Below, one piece after another: positions 20,047-30,214 of a stretch of 64,000 bases of DNA (positions are counted from its first letter, which is position 1; each line of letters opens with the position of its first letter). The translations under genes were made by a program, and so were the position numbers. The notes under the pieces were generated by a model. That model was not told where the DNA came from. It saw only the letters and a list, made by a program, of their open reading frames with translations, and searched no databases. The DNA is from an uncultured bacterium (GTDB lineage Bacteria > Fidelibacterota > Marinisomatia > Marinisomatales > JACNKV01), in NCBI GenBank assembly GCA_964645915.1, contig CAZYDH010000002.1, forward strand, positions 19,465-83,464, read 5' to 3'.

Positions 20047-21489
20047 ATGAAAACAATGTATGTTAGAAAAATAATTATTGCTGCTACCCTGTTGGTTTTT
20101 CCGATCTTTACCCTAGCAGCATCAGGCCATAATTCTACTCCACATCTTCAAGGTGCCGATTTATCAATTCTGTGGGTTCTCCCTTTTGTTGGGATACTCC
20201 TTTCAATTGCAGTAATGCCATTGATTGCTCCTGCATTTTGGCACCATCATTTTGGGAAGATATCCTTTTTCTGGGCAATCTTATTTATTGTTCCATTTTT
20301 TGCTCAGTACGGGACATCCATGACCGTTTATGAGTTGCTCCATGTTGGTCTACTGGAATATTTTCCATTTATTGTTCTTTTATTGGCACTTTTTACAATC
20401 TCTGGCGGGATAAGATTGACAGGTAAATTAGTTGGAAGTCCAATAGTAAATACAGGAATCATTTTTATAGGAACTCTCCTTGCAAGCTGGATGGGAACGA
20501 CGGGTGCGGCGATGTTGTTAATTAGACCCTTAATTCGAGCGAATATCAATCGAAAACATAAAGTACATGTTATCGTGTTTTTTATCTTTTTAGTTGCAAA
20601 TATAGGGGGGTCGTTAACTCCGCTTGGTGATCCGCCACTATTTTTAGGATTTTTAAAGGGAGTGAATTTTTTCTGGACAACTAAAGCCATGTTAGCTCCA
20701 ATGATCTTCGTTACTACGTTGTTATTGGTTGTGTTTTATCTGCTTGATTCGTTTTATTATCGAAAAGAAGATCTTCCGGAACCATCTGCGAAAATATCTG
20801 AATCCGGTGAATATAAACTTGGAATAGAAGGACAGGGGAATTTTCTTCTTATTGCAGGTGTTGTATTCTCAGTGTTGTTGAGTGGATTTTGGCATCCAAA
20901 CATATCGTTTTCAATTTACCATATTGAATTAGAACTGCAAAATATCACAAGGGATGCTTTAATGCTTTTGTTTACCGGATTAAGCTGGAAATACACTAAA
21001 CAAGATATTCGTATTAAAAATGACTTTACTTGGTTCCCCATTCAAGAAGTAGCAAAATTATTCGCAGGGATTTTTGTTACTATCATTCCTGCGATTGCAA
21101 TATTACGAGCTGGAGAAAATGGAGTGTTATCACCCGTTATCAATTCAGTCTCATCAAATGGGAATCCAGTGAATGAGATGTATTTTTGGGCTACAGGAAC
21201 TTTATCCAGCTTCTTAGACAATGCTCCAACGTATTTGGTCTTTTTCAGTACGGCAGGTGGAGATCCGATACAATTAATGGGAGAATTAAGTTCTACACTG
21301 TTAGCTATTTCTATGGGGGCAGTCTTTATGGGAGCTAACACATATATCGGTAACGCTCCGAATTTCATGGTTAAATCAATTTCTGAAGAAGCCGGAGTTG
21401 CAATGCCCAGTTTCTTTGGGTATATGTTGAAATACTCAATTCCAATTTTAATTCCTATTTTTATCTTGGTTTCATTAATTTTCCTATAA
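20047..21489 (+). CDS. ArsB/NhaD-superfamily (CitMHS-like) ion transporter, putative Na+/H+ antiporter
   Basis: About 480 aa with many TM segments and a SLTPLGDPPLFLGFL motif seen in this permease superfamily. The substrate cannot be read from the sequence. I chose the ATG at 20047; the ORF-track start at 20017 is TTG. Confidence 0.6.
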   Translation: MKTMYVRKIIIAATLLVFPIFTLAASGHNSTPHLQGADLSILWVLPFVGILLSIAVMPLIAPAFWHHHFGKISFFWAILFIVPFFAQYGTSMTVYELLHVGLLEYFPFIVLLLALFTISGGIRLTGKLVGSPIVNTGIIFIGTLLASWMGTTGAAMLLIRPLIRANINRKHKVHVIVFFIFLVANIGGSLTPLGDPPLFLGFLKGVNFFWTTKAMLAPMIFVTTLLLVVFYLLDSFYYRKEDLPEPSAKISESGEYKLGIEGQGNFLLIAGVVFSVLLSGFWHPNISFSIYHIELELQNITRDALMLLFTGLSWKYTKQDIRIKNDFTWFPIQEVAKLFAGIFVTIIPAIAILRAGENGVLSPVINSVSSNGNPVNEMYFWATGTLSSFLDNAPTYLVFFSTAGGDPIQLMGELSSTLLAISMGAVFMGANTYIGNAPNFMVKSISEEAGVAMPSFFGYMLKYSIPILIPIFILVSLIFL

Positions 21490-22022
21490 TGCGTATTAGT
21501 AAAGTCACTACAAAAAAAGGGGATAAAGGAAACACATCCTTGGGCGATGGAAAGATCGTATCCAAAACACATCCGAGCATTGATGTGCTTGGCGACTTGG
21601 ATGAGCTGAATGCAATGATTGGATTTGCAATCACCGCTTGTGATGAAACAGCCATTAAAAAAGAACTTTTAATTATACAAAATGATTTATTCTCCATCGG
21701 AGGAGAAATCTCACTTCCGGATAAGGAAATTGAGTTGCTTTCTAAAGATCGGATAACAACATTAGAATCTCAAATAGAAGAGATGAACAAGACACTTCCT
21801 GCTTTAAAAGAGTTTATCTTACCGGGCGGAAATGAGTTCACTTCAAGACTTCATATTACTCGGGCAGTTTGCCGAAGGGTAGAAAGGCAAGTGGTGAGTC
21901 TATTAGATTCTGAAAATGGGAATACACGCAGGATTCAATATTTGAATCGGTTATCTGATTATCTGTTTGTTTTGGCAAGATATTGCACACAATCTTCAGA
22001 AACACAATGGAAAAGATCATAG
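21489..22022 (+). CDS. pduO: ATP:cob(I)alamin adenosyltransferase, PduO type
   Basis: N-terminal TKKGDKGNTSL...DVLGDLDELN and C-terminal LNRLSDYLFVLAR motifs of PduO/MMAB-type adenosyltransferases. The start overlaps the permease stop (TAATG). Confidence 0.9.
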   Translation: MRISKVTTKKGDKGNTSLGDGKIVSKTHPSIDVLGDLDELNAMIGFAITACDETAIKKELLIIQNDLFSIGGEISLPDKEIELLSKDRITTLESQIEEMNKTLPALKEFILPGGNEFTSRLHITRAVCRRVERQVVSLLDSENGNTRRIQYLNRLSDYLFVLARYCTQSSETQWKRS

Positions 22023-22090
22023 AATAAAATTCATATTTCTTCTAAAATATTCTCACATAAAACACATCCGGTTTCTTTCAAATCTTTAGT

Positions 22091-23140
22091 ATGATAAAGG
22101 AAAACAACATAAATTCTTTGTTCACTAAAATGCATCATATGATCGATTGGACTAAATATCATCAAATTATTAATGAAGCGGATCGCATTCTGCTGACAAC
22201 ACATGAAAACCCCGATGGTGATGGTTTGGGATGTGAAACAGCTCTATATGAATTTCTATCGGAACTTGGTAAAGAATGCAGAATCGTTAATGTGTCTCCG
22301 TTCCCCTCGGAATATTTGTTTTTAAATCCTGATAATCGATTTGAATTATACCAAAATGGAACCCAGTCTGATTGGATTAAAAAGGTAGACCTTGCAATTG
22401 TATTGGATATTGGAGATTACAAACGGATGAATGTATTGTGGAATGAATTGGAAAGTAACAACATACCCACATTAAATATAGATCATCATCCACATTTGGC
22501 AGGATCTCCATTTACATACAATATAATTGATATTAAAGCCGCAGCGACGGGGGAGATGATTTTTGAGTATATTAAAAATCATTATAATGGCTCGATCCCG
22601 ACGATAATCTGTGAAGGAATATATACAGCCATCATGACGGATACAGGTTCATTTCGTCATAACAACACGACAATCAATAGTCATAAAGTTGCGATCGAAT
22701 GTATTCAAAACGGAATTGACTATACGGGAATTTATCAAAAAGTTTACGAGTCGCACTCTCGAAACCGAATGGCTTTATTAGGGCAGGTCTTAGCAAATCT
22801 TAATTATAGTCATAATGGCGAATTAGCTTGGTTTATTATTGATCAGAAACTATTGTCAAAAACAAAAGCGGTTAAAGAAGATGTTGACGGTTTTACGGAT
22901 ATTGTAAGAACGATCCGAGGAGTTGAAATTGCTGTAATGATTTTCCAATTGGATGGGAAATTCTGTCGGGTCAATTTTAGATCCAAAGGAAAATATATTA
23001 TAGGAGAAGTGGCTCGTCGGTTAGGCGGTGGGGGTCATGATATGGCAGCAGGAGCTATTGTTCATGGGCATTTGAGCCTAGTGGTAAAAAAAGTACTCAC
23101 TGAAATCGAAAATACGATATTTCAATCCGATGAAAATTAA
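22091..23140 (+). CDS. nrnA: DHH-family phosphoesterase (NrnA-like oligoribonuclease/pAp phosphatase)
   Basis: Contains HENPDGDGLGC, DHH (IDHHPH) and GGGGH motifs in DHH/DHHA1 order. Confidence 0.85.
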   Translation: MIKENNINSLFTKMHHMIDWTKYHQIINEADRILLTTHENPDGDGLGCETALYEFLSELGKECRIVNVSPFPSEYLFLNPDNRFELYQNGTQSDWIKKVDLAIVLDIGDYKRMNVLWNELESNNIPTLNIDHHPHLAGSPFTYNIIDIKAAATGEMIFEYIKNHYNGSIPTIICEGIYTAIMTDTGSFRHNNTTINSHKVAIECIQNGIDYTGIYQKVYESHSRNRMALLGQVLANLNYSHNGELAWFIIDQKLLSKTKAVKEDVDGFTDIVRTIRGVEIAVMIFQLDGKFCRVNFRSKGKYIIGEVARRLGGGGHDMAAGAIVHGHLSLVVKKVLTEIENTIFQSDEN

Positions 23141-23993
23141 AGTAGCCAAAGACGCAGGATACTGTTTTGGAGTGAGAGAAGCAGTAAAATTAGCAGAGAA
23201 GACCGCTACGGATTATGGAGAAGTCTATATGCTTGGTCATATCGTTCATAACGAACGAGTGGTCTCAAGTTTGGAAGATTCCGGAGTAAGAGTTATAGAA
23301 TCGCTGGATGATGTACCCAAAGATAAGCCTGTTCTATTTAGAGCACATGGGACGAGCCCTGAAATATGGGAAAAGGCGCAAAAAAGTGGAGTAGAAATTA
23401 TCGATGCCACTTGTCCGTTGGTGACTGAAATTCATAAAGAAGCAAAAATATTAGAGGAAGAAGGATATAAGATCATCATCATTGGAGATCATGGGCATGA
23501 TGAGGTCATCGCTATTGCAAATCAGGTCAAAGAGTCAATTGTGGTTTCAACTCCGGAAGAGGCTGCAAACTTACCAAAGATCAAAAAAGCGGGAATCGTC
23601 ACTCAATCAACTCAGATGATAGAGAATGTCCAAAATATTATAAAAATTCTCATTACAAAAGTATTCGATCTTAGGTTTAAAAATACGATATGTTATCCGA
23701 CTCGCCGTAATCATGAACAAATCATGTCGTTGGCAGTAGAATGCGATATCATGTTGATTATTGGTTCGTTTACAAGTGCCAATTCGAAACGATTGACACA
23801 ATTATCCAAACAACGCAATCAACGGTCATATCAGGTCACGTCCATCGACGACATTGACCCTGAATGGTTTGAGTCAGATGATACCGTAGGAATCACTGCA
23901 GGAGCATCTACACCGGATAACGTGATTGAAGAAGTGATAAATAAAGTTAAAAAAATCGGTAAGATTAATAATAAGGAAATTATTTATGAGTAA
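23130..23993 (+). CDS. ispH: 4-hydroxy-3-methylbut-2-enyl diphosphate reductase
   Basis: GYCFGV, ATCPLV and HDE motifs, a conserved third Cys (NTICYPT) and the SANS motif of IspH/LytB. Confidence 0.93.
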   Translation: MKIKVAKDAGYCFGVREAVKLAEKTATDYGEVYMLGHIVHNERVVSSLEDSGVRVIESLDDVPKDKPVLFRAHGTSPEIWEKAQKSGVEIIDATCPLVTEIHKEAKILEEEGYKIIIIGDHGHDEVIAIANQVKESIVVSTPEEAANLPKIKKAGIVTQSTQMIENVQNIIKILITKVFDLRFKNTICYPTRRNHEQIMSLAVECDIMLIIGSFTSANSKRLTQLSKQRNQRSYQVTSIDDIDPEWFESDDTVGITAGASTPDNVIEEVINKVKKIGKINNKEIIYE

Positions 23994-24867
23994 AGAAGCA
24001 ATGAAGGTTAAAGTTGGTTTAGCTGAGATGTTAAAAGGCGGTGTTATCATGGATGTCATGAACGCTGAACAAGCACAGATTGCAGAAGATGCCGGTGCAG
24101 TTGCGGTAATGGCATTGGAGCGAATTCCGGCTTTGATCCGTCAGGATGGTGGAATTGCAAGAATGAGTAATCCAACCATGATCCAAGAAATTCAGAAGAT
24201 GGTCTCCATTCCGGTGATGGCCAAATGTCGTATTGGTCATTTTGCTGAAGCACAAATTTTAGAAGCACTGGAAGTAGATTTTATTGACGAAAGTGAAGTT
24301 TTAACACCTGCAGATGAAGCAAATCATATTTGGAAACACGATTATAAAGTTCCATTTGTTTGTGGATGTAGAAATCTTGGCGAAGCTTTAAGACGAATCG
24401 GTGAAGGAGCAGCAATGATCCGAACCAAAGGTGAAGCCGGAAGCGGAAATATCGTTGAGGCTGTTCGGCATATGAGAACTGTCCAAACACAGTTGAAAGA
24501 GCTAACGATTAAAAGTAAAGATGAGCTGATGGCCGTTGCAAAAGAAATGGGAGCACCATTTTCATTGGTTGAAACAGTTGCAGAAACCAGTAGCCTTCCG
24601 GTGCCTAATTTTGCTGCAGGTGGAATTGCAACTCCTGCAGATGCTTCTCTTATGATGCAATTAGGTGCTGAATCAGTATTTGTTGGATCTGGAATCTTTA
24701 TGAGTGAAGATCCTGCTGCACGAGCAAAAGCGATTGTTGAAGCAACAACCTACTATGATGACCCTAAAAAATTAGTCGAAATTTCCGCTGAGCTTAAAGA
24801 AGCTATGCGGGGATTAGATATGAGCGAAATTCCGGAAGAAGAACGCCTTCAGGAGCGTGGCTGGTAA
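23986..24867 (+). CDS. pdxS: Pyridoxal 5'-phosphate synthase, lyase subunit
   Basis: Highly conserved PdxS sequence ([48 protein letters not shown]). Confidence 0.96.
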   Translation: MSKEAMKVKVGLAEMLKGGVIMDVMNAEQAQIAEDAGAVAVMALERIPALIRQDGGIARMSNPTMIQEIQKMVSIPVMAKCRIGHFAEAQILEALEVDFIDESEVLTPADEANHIWKHDYKVPFVCGCRNLGEALRRIGEGAAMIRTKGEAGSGNIVEAVRHMRTVQTQLKELTIKSKDELMAVAKEMGAPFSLVETVAETSSLPVPNFAAGGIATPADASLMMQLGAESVFVGSGIFMSEDPAARAKAIVEATTYYDDPKKLVEISAELKEAMRGLDMSEIPEEERLQERGW

Positions 24868-24885
24868 TTCGGGTTGGAATCAATT

Positions 24886-25446
24886 ATGAGAATTGGAATC
24901 TTAGGACTTCAAGGGAATGTTAATTCTCATCAAAACATTCTTCAAAAGTTGGAGATAGATACTAGTATCGTTCGATATCCTTCTCAGCTTGATCATATTG
25001 ATGGTTTGGTCATTCCAGGAGGTGAATCCACAACGATGACAAATTTGTTGGATTGCATGGATCTATATAACCCAATTCGACAATTTGCTAAATCTCATCC
25101 GGTGTTAGGAACCTGTGCAGGTCTGATTCTCATGGCAAAAAAAGTTAAAGATTCGCGAGTAAGACCATTGGGGTTGTTGGATATATCTGTTGATCGAAAT
25201 GGTTTTGGAAGACAAATTTATTCCTTTTCAGATTCGGTGATTGCAAATACGCATGATGGATCGAAAACAATTAAAGCAACTTTTATTCGTGCGCCAAAAA
25301 TATCGAATGTTTCTGATTCAGTCCGAGTAATTGCAAAATATAATAATGAGCCAATTGCAGTGAAAGAAGGAAAACATGTCGGTTTAACTTTTCATCCTGA
25401 ATTAGATGGCGAAACATTTTTCCACAAGTTAATGATGGAAATATAA
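24886..25446 (+). CDS. pdxT: Pyridoxal 5'-phosphate synthase, glutaminase subunit
   Basis: RIGILGLQG, GGESTT, GTCAG and FHPE motifs of the class I amidotransferase PdxT. I chose the ATG at 24886; the ORF-track start at 24874 is TTG. Confidence 0.93.
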   Translation: MRIGILGLQGNVNSHQNILQKLEIDTSIVRYPSQLDHIDGLVIPGGESTTMTNLLDCMDLYNPIRQFAKSHPVLGTCAGLILMAKKVKDSRVRPLGLLDISVDRNGFGRQIYSFSDSVIANTHDGSKTIKATFIRAPKISNVSDSVRVIAKYNNEPIAVKEGKHVGLTFHPELDGETFFHKLMMEI

Positions 25447-25484
25447 TTAATGTATACCAATTGACAATCATAGAGCGTAAGAAC

Positions 25485-27356
25485 ATGTCTAAAGAATTAT
25501 TATCTACAATCCATTCTCCAAGTGATTTAAGAGAGCTTGATATTGATCAACTTTATCAAGTTGCTGATGAGCTGAGGGAATACATTATACCGACCATCAC
25601 AGAAGTTGGAGGGCATCTGGCTTCAACATTAGGTGCAATAGAATTGACATTGGCTTTGCATTATGTCTTTGATACACCGGATGATAAATTGGTTTGGGAT
25701 GTTGGTCATCAAGGATATGCTCACAAAGTATTAACCGGTCGATATAATGCATTAAAAACCATTCGTCAATACGGAGGATTGAGTGGATTTTTAAAACGTT
25801 CGGAAAGTGAATACGATGCTTTTGGAGCAGGACATGCTTCAACATCCATTTCAGCGGCTTTAGGAATCGCCTGTGCACGCGATCATAACAATGAAGATTT
25901 TAGTGTTGTGAGTATCATTGGTGATGGATCCATGACAGGTGGACTTGCTTATGAAGGAATTAATAACGCAGGACATTTGCGAAAACAGATGCTTGTGATT
26001 TTAAATGATAATGATATGTCCATTAGCCCGAATGTTGGTGCGGTAAAAACTCATCTGAATAGAATCGTGACCAACCCGATTTATAACCGAATCCGTGATG
26101 AAATTTGGAACTTTACAGGATCTCTTCCCTTTGGCAAGTCAATGGCGCGAAAGGGACTCCGAAAATTGGAAGAAAGTTTAAAAAATCTTGTATCACCCGG
26201 GATTGTTTTTGATGAATTGGGGCTTCGATATTTTGGACCTGTTGATGGGCACGATCTCGAAGAATTGATCCGTACATTAACGAATCTAAAGAAAATTAAA
26301 ACGCCGGTTCTCCTCCATGTCCTTAGTAAAAAAGGAAAGGGGATGAAGTTGGCGGAAGTTGATCCAATCACATTTCATGGTATTAGCGGAAGTGATAATA
26401 AGAAATCAGATATCCCTAAACCCCCATCTTTTCAAGATGTGTTTGGTGAGGTTGTTACTGAAATAGCTCAAAACCGAGAAGATACAGTTTGTATATCTGC
26501 AGCGATGCGAGAAGGGACGGGATTGGTAAAGTTTGATAATAAATTTCCGGAACGGTTTTATGATGTGGGAATTGCAGAAGGACATGCGGTTACATTTGCT
26601 AGTGGATTGGCCACGGAAGGGGTTCGACCGATTGTTGCCATTTACTCAACTTTCTTACAACGTGCTTTTGATCACATTGTTCATGATGTCGCTTTGCAAA
26701 ATCTCCCGGTCCTGTTTTGTTTAGACCGTGCAGGATTGGTTGGAGAAGATGGTCCGACCCATCACGGTGCATTAGATATTGTTTATCAACGTTGTATTCA
26801 AAATCTTATCGTTGCTGCGCCAAGAAATGGGAATGAATTAAGACATCTTATGTATACTGCTTTGAATCAGTCCAACAAACCTTTCTCAATTCGGTATCCA
26901 AAAGGGAGTTCTGTTCAATTTGATCAAGATAGACAAGCAGAACTCGTTCCGATTGGAAGTTGGGAAGTCTTGAAGAAGGGGAATGATGTTGCCATTCTTG
27001 CGGTTGGAGCACAAACCTATGATGCTATGGAAGCTGCTGAGTATCTTGAACGTGCAGGAATTTCATGTGAAGTAGTTAACTGTCGGTTTATCAAACCGAT
27101 GGATGAATCTGTCCTTGAATCTGTTTATAAACGATTTAATAAAATTGTAACGATCGAAGAAGGTGTCATACAAGGCGGATTTGGAGACGGTGTCTCATCT
27201 TGGTTAGTGGAAAAAGGTTTTTCCGGCAAATTAAAACGGATGGGACTTCCTGATGAATATATCACGCATGGAGCTCGAGAGCTTTTGTTGAAAGATGTTG
27301 GTTTAACAGTTGACGGAATTGTAAAAACCGCACAAGATATTTATAAAAACAATTAA
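25485..27356 (+). CDS. dxs: 1-deoxy-D-xylulose-5-phosphate synthase
   Basis: GGHL.S.LG..EL, DVGHQ.Y.HK.LTGR, GDGS.TGG and DRAG.VG.DG.TH motifs. I chose the ATG at 25485; the ORF-track start at 25461 is TTG. Confidence 0.95.
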   Translation: MSKELLSTIHSPSDLRELDIDQLYQVADELREYIIPTITEVGGHLASTLGAIELTLALHYVFDTPDDKLVWDVGHQGYAHKVLTGRYNALKTIRQYGGLSGFLKRSESEYDAFGAGHASTSISAALGIACARDHNNEDFSVVSIIGDGSMTGGLAYEGINNAGHLRKQMLVILNDNDMSISPNVGAVKTHLNRIVTNPIYNRIRDEIWNFTGSLPFGKSMARKGLRKLEESLKNLVSPGIVFDELGLRYFGPVDGHDLEELIRTLTNLKKIKTPVLLHVLSKKGKGMKLAEVDPITFHGISGSDNKKSDIPKPPSFQDVFGEVVTEIAQNREDTVCISAAMREGTGLVKFDNKFPERFYDVGIAEGHAVTFASGLATEGVRPIVAIYSTFLQRAFDHIVHDVALQNLPVLFCLDRAGLVGEDGPTHHGALDIVYQRCIQNLIVAAPRNGNELRHLMYTALNQSNKPFSIRYPKGSSVQFDQDRQAELVPIGSWEVLKKGNDVAILAVGAQTYDAMEAAEYLERAGISCEVVNCRFIKPMDESVLESVYKRFNKIVTIEEGVIQGGFGDGVSSWLVEKGFSGKLKRMGLPDEYITHGARELLLKDVGLTVDGIVKTAQDIYKNN

Positions 27357-27390
27357 CTAAATATGATGATAAAGTTACCCGGACTTACTT

Positions 27391-29049
27391 ATGAGTAAAC
27401 AATTAGAACTTTTTGACAAACAAAAACATCAATGGGAAGAAGTCGCTAATTCTTCTGCAGAACGGAATTATGACTTTGACACCTTAAGTGGAGAACCCCT
27501 CGATTTATTATATCTTCCGCAGGATCCGTCAGAGGATTATTTGGATCAACTAGGCTTCCCTGGGCAATATCCATATACGAGAGGTGTTCATCCCAACTTG
27601 TTTCGTGGAAAATTATGGACGATGAGACAATTCTCAGGATTTGGAACACCAAATGAAACAAATGAGCGTTTCCATTTTTTGTTAAAACAAGGACAGATGG
27701 GGCTCTCAGTTGCCTATGATATGCCAACACTTATGGGATACGATCCGGGGCATCCATTTGCTTTAGGTGAAGTAGGTAAGTGTGGTGTCAGCGTGGCATC
27801 CTTAAAAGATATGGAAATTTTATTTGATGGAATAGACTTGGGTGAGATATCTGTTTCTCAAACCATTAATGGACCTTCAGTCATTTTATTAGCTTTTTAT
27901 ATCGCGGTTGCTGAAAAACAAGGGGTTCCAAAAGAAAAACTACGTGGAACACTGCAAAATGATATTTTGAAAGAATTTATTGCGCAAAAAGAGTGGATAT
28001 TCCCACCGGAACCTTCCATGCGAGTCATAACTGATATGATGAAGTATTGCACAGAACACTTACCAAAGTATAACACGATCTCTATCAGCGGTTATCATAT
28101 TCGAGAAGCCGGTTCAACAGCCGCTCAGGAATTAGCATTTACTTTAGCTGATGGATTTACTTATGTAGAATATGCAATCAAAGCAGGGATGGATGTTGAT
28201 AGCTTTGCACCGAGATTATCATTTTTCTTTAATTCTCATTTGGACTTTTTTGAAGAGGTAGTAAAATATCGAGCCGCCAGAAGAATCTGGGCGAAAAGGA
28301 TGAAAAATAAATATGGTGCGAAAGATCCACGCTCATGGAAGCTAAGGTTTCATACACAAACAGCCGGATGCTCTTTAACAGCTCAACAACCCGAAATCAA
28401 TATTGCTAGAACCGCTTTTCAAGGATTAGCTGCCGTAATGGGCGGAACCCAATCACTACACACAAACTCGATGGATGAAACGTTAGCATTGCCTTCTGAG
28501 AAAGCAGCTGAGATCGCCTTGAGAACACAACAGTTGATCGCCTTTGAAACCGGAGTGCCCAATGTTGTCGATCCGTTAGGAGGTTCATGGTTTGTTGAAT
28601 CCTTAACTGATCGCATGGAAGCACTTGCAGAAGATTATTTTAATCAGATCGATGAATTTGGAGGAGTGATTCCTGCAATCGAAGCCGGATTCTTCCAACG
28701 TGAGATCGCACATGCAGCTTCTGAATATCAACGGAAAATTGACAATAAACAAAGAATTGTTGTTGGAGTAAATGAGTTCATTAAAGAAGATGAAAACATT
28801 GAAATTCCAATTTTAGAAATTGGACAGAAAGTCGAACAGGATCAAATTTCTGCGCTGGAATTATTAAAAAATGAACGGGATAATGATTTAGTCCAAGCGG
28901 CTTTAAATGAACTATCAGATGCATGTAAATCCGGAAAAAATATCATGCCTCCAATTGTTAAAGCTGCAAAACAGTATGCGACATTAGGTGAAATTGTTCA
29001 AACGATGAAAAACATATTTGGCGAATGGCAGGAGACGACTGCTTTCTAA
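27391..29049 (+). CDS. Methylmalonyl-CoA mutase family protein, substrate-binding (TIM barrel) subunit without B12-binding domain
   Basis: 552 aa with [15 protein letters not shown] and FHTQTAG motifs of acyl-CoA mutases. The ORF ends before the C-terminal DxHxxG cobalamin-binding domain found in fused enzymes. Confidence 0.88.
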   Translation: MSKQLELFDKQKHQWEEVANSSAERNYDFDTLSGEPLDLLYLPQDPSEDYLDQLGFPGQYPYTRGVHPNLFRGKLWTMRQFSGFGTPNETNERFHFLLKQGQMGLSVAYDMPTLMGYDPGHPFALGEVGKCGVSVASLKDMEILFDGIDLGEISVSQTINGPSVILLAFYIAVAEKQGVPKEKLRGTLQNDILKEFIAQKEWIFPPEPSMRVITDMMKYCTEHLPKYNTISISGYHIREAGSTAAQELAFTLADGFTYVEYAIKAGMDVDSFAPRLSFFFNSHLDFFEEVVKYRAARRIWAKRMKNKYGAKDPRSWKLRFHTQTAGCSLTAQQPEINIARTAFQGLAAVMGGTQSLHTNSMDETLALPSEKAAEIALRTQQLIAFETGVPNVVDPLGGSWFVESLTDRMEALAEDYFNQIDEFGGVIPAIEAGFFQREIAHAASEYQRKIDNKQRIVVGVNEFIKEDENIEIPILEIGQKVEQDQISALELLKNERDNDLVQAALNELSDACKSGKNIMPPIVKAAKQYATLGEIVQTMKNIFGEWQETTAF

Positions 29050-29065
29050 AGATGGGAGAGAATAA

Positions 29066-30214
29066 ATGAAAAAAACATCAATTTTTAATGAGATATGGGA
29101 TTTATTGGTTTCGATGAAATTTGCAACGATCCTGTTGACGGTATTGGGCGGAATTTCAATGCTGTCAATGTTAATGAATGAATATCCTAATTTTTTCAAC
29201 GAAACTTCGTTGTTGCATCAATTACTCCAACAACATTCACCCTATTCATCATGGTGGTATAGAGGATTGTTGTCGTTGTTGTTTTTATCGGTGTTTTTCT
29301 GTGTGATCCAAAGATTCAAACCAATGATCAATCAACTTAGCTTTAAACCATTTAAGTCTGCAGACAGTATTAAAAACTTAGGTCAATATTATGAAGTTAA
29401 AGGAGATCCTTCCCATCTTAAATCAAGAATATTGGCTCTTATTAGTAAATCTTTATATAAAGTAAAAGAGCGCGAAACTGATGGTGGTATAGAGATCATT
29501 GCAAGTAAATACCGATTTAGTGGTATCGGTTCATGGATATCTCATGTAGGGCTGCTTATTATATTTATCGGAGCGGTTTTATACAGCATAACTGAGGAAA
29601 AAAGATTTCGATACGTCCTTGGGCAAGAACATCGTATAAACCATACACTAAGTGAAAAAATATCGCAGGATTGGTTTGAATGGAATATCCCAGTTTCGGG
29701 TTCAGATACCATTCAAGTAGTAGTAGATAGTTTTCGTGTGTTTTTCTATGAAGATAGACAAATGATTTCGGATTATCGGTCCTTTATTAGTCTTTATTCT
29801 AAAAATGGTGAAAAAATACGGAGTCATGAATTAACAGTTAATAGTCCTCTTTTATATAAGAACACAGCGATTCATCAATCAGATTATAAACCATTTGTTT
29901 CAGAGTTCTTCACACCACGATCCAAATTTGTAGACGATAGATTAAATCGTATTCAGCGAACCCAAGAGATAGAAAAAATAACAGATAATTGGATTACCGG
30001 ATTGAGTTATAAAAAATACAGTGGAAAGTCAGTTATTTTATTTGGAATGCTATTATCCTGTACCGGTTTAGTGATTGCTTTTCTATTTTGGCGTAGGGAT
30101 ATCTGGATCTCTATCAGTAAAAAAGAACTTATTATGAGTGGACAGACTATTAAAAATACGGTTGCTTTCCAACGAGAGTTAAATCAAATTTCAGAAAGGA
30201 TCAAACATGAATAA
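29066..30214 (+). CDS. ccsB: Cytochrome c biogenesis protein ResB/Ccs1 (System II)
   Basis: The N-terminal SMKFATILL TM motif, the periplasmic DYRSFISLY....VNSPLLYKNTAIHQSDY block and a C-terminal TM segment are typical of ResB. It lies upstream of ccsA. At 382 aa it is short for the family. Confidence 0.8.
   Translation: MKKTSIFNEIWDLLVSMKFATILLTVLGGISMLSMLMNEYPNFFNETSLLHQLLQQHSPYSSWWYRGLLSLLFLSVFFCVIQRFKPMINQLSFKPFKSADSIKNLGQYYEVKGDPSHLKSRILALISKSLYKVKERETDGGIEIIASKYRFSGIGSWISHVGLLIIFIGAVLYSITEEKRFRYVLGQEHRINHTLSEKISQDWFEWNIPVSGSDTIQVVVDSFRVFFYEDRQMISDYRSFISLYSKNGEKIRSHELTVNSPLLYKNTAIHQSDYKPFVSEFFTPRSKFVDDRLNRIQRTQEIEKITDNWITGLSYKKYSGKSVILFGMLLSCTGLVIAFLFWRRDIWISISKKELIMSGQTIKNTVAFQRELNQISERIKHE

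Noticed and set aside
21042-21572. 176-aa minus-strand ORF spanning the permease/pduO junction
   Set aside because: It is entirely antisense to two well-supported genes. It is low-complexity and Ile/Lys/Gly-rich, with no recognisable motif. It is most likely a shadow ORF.
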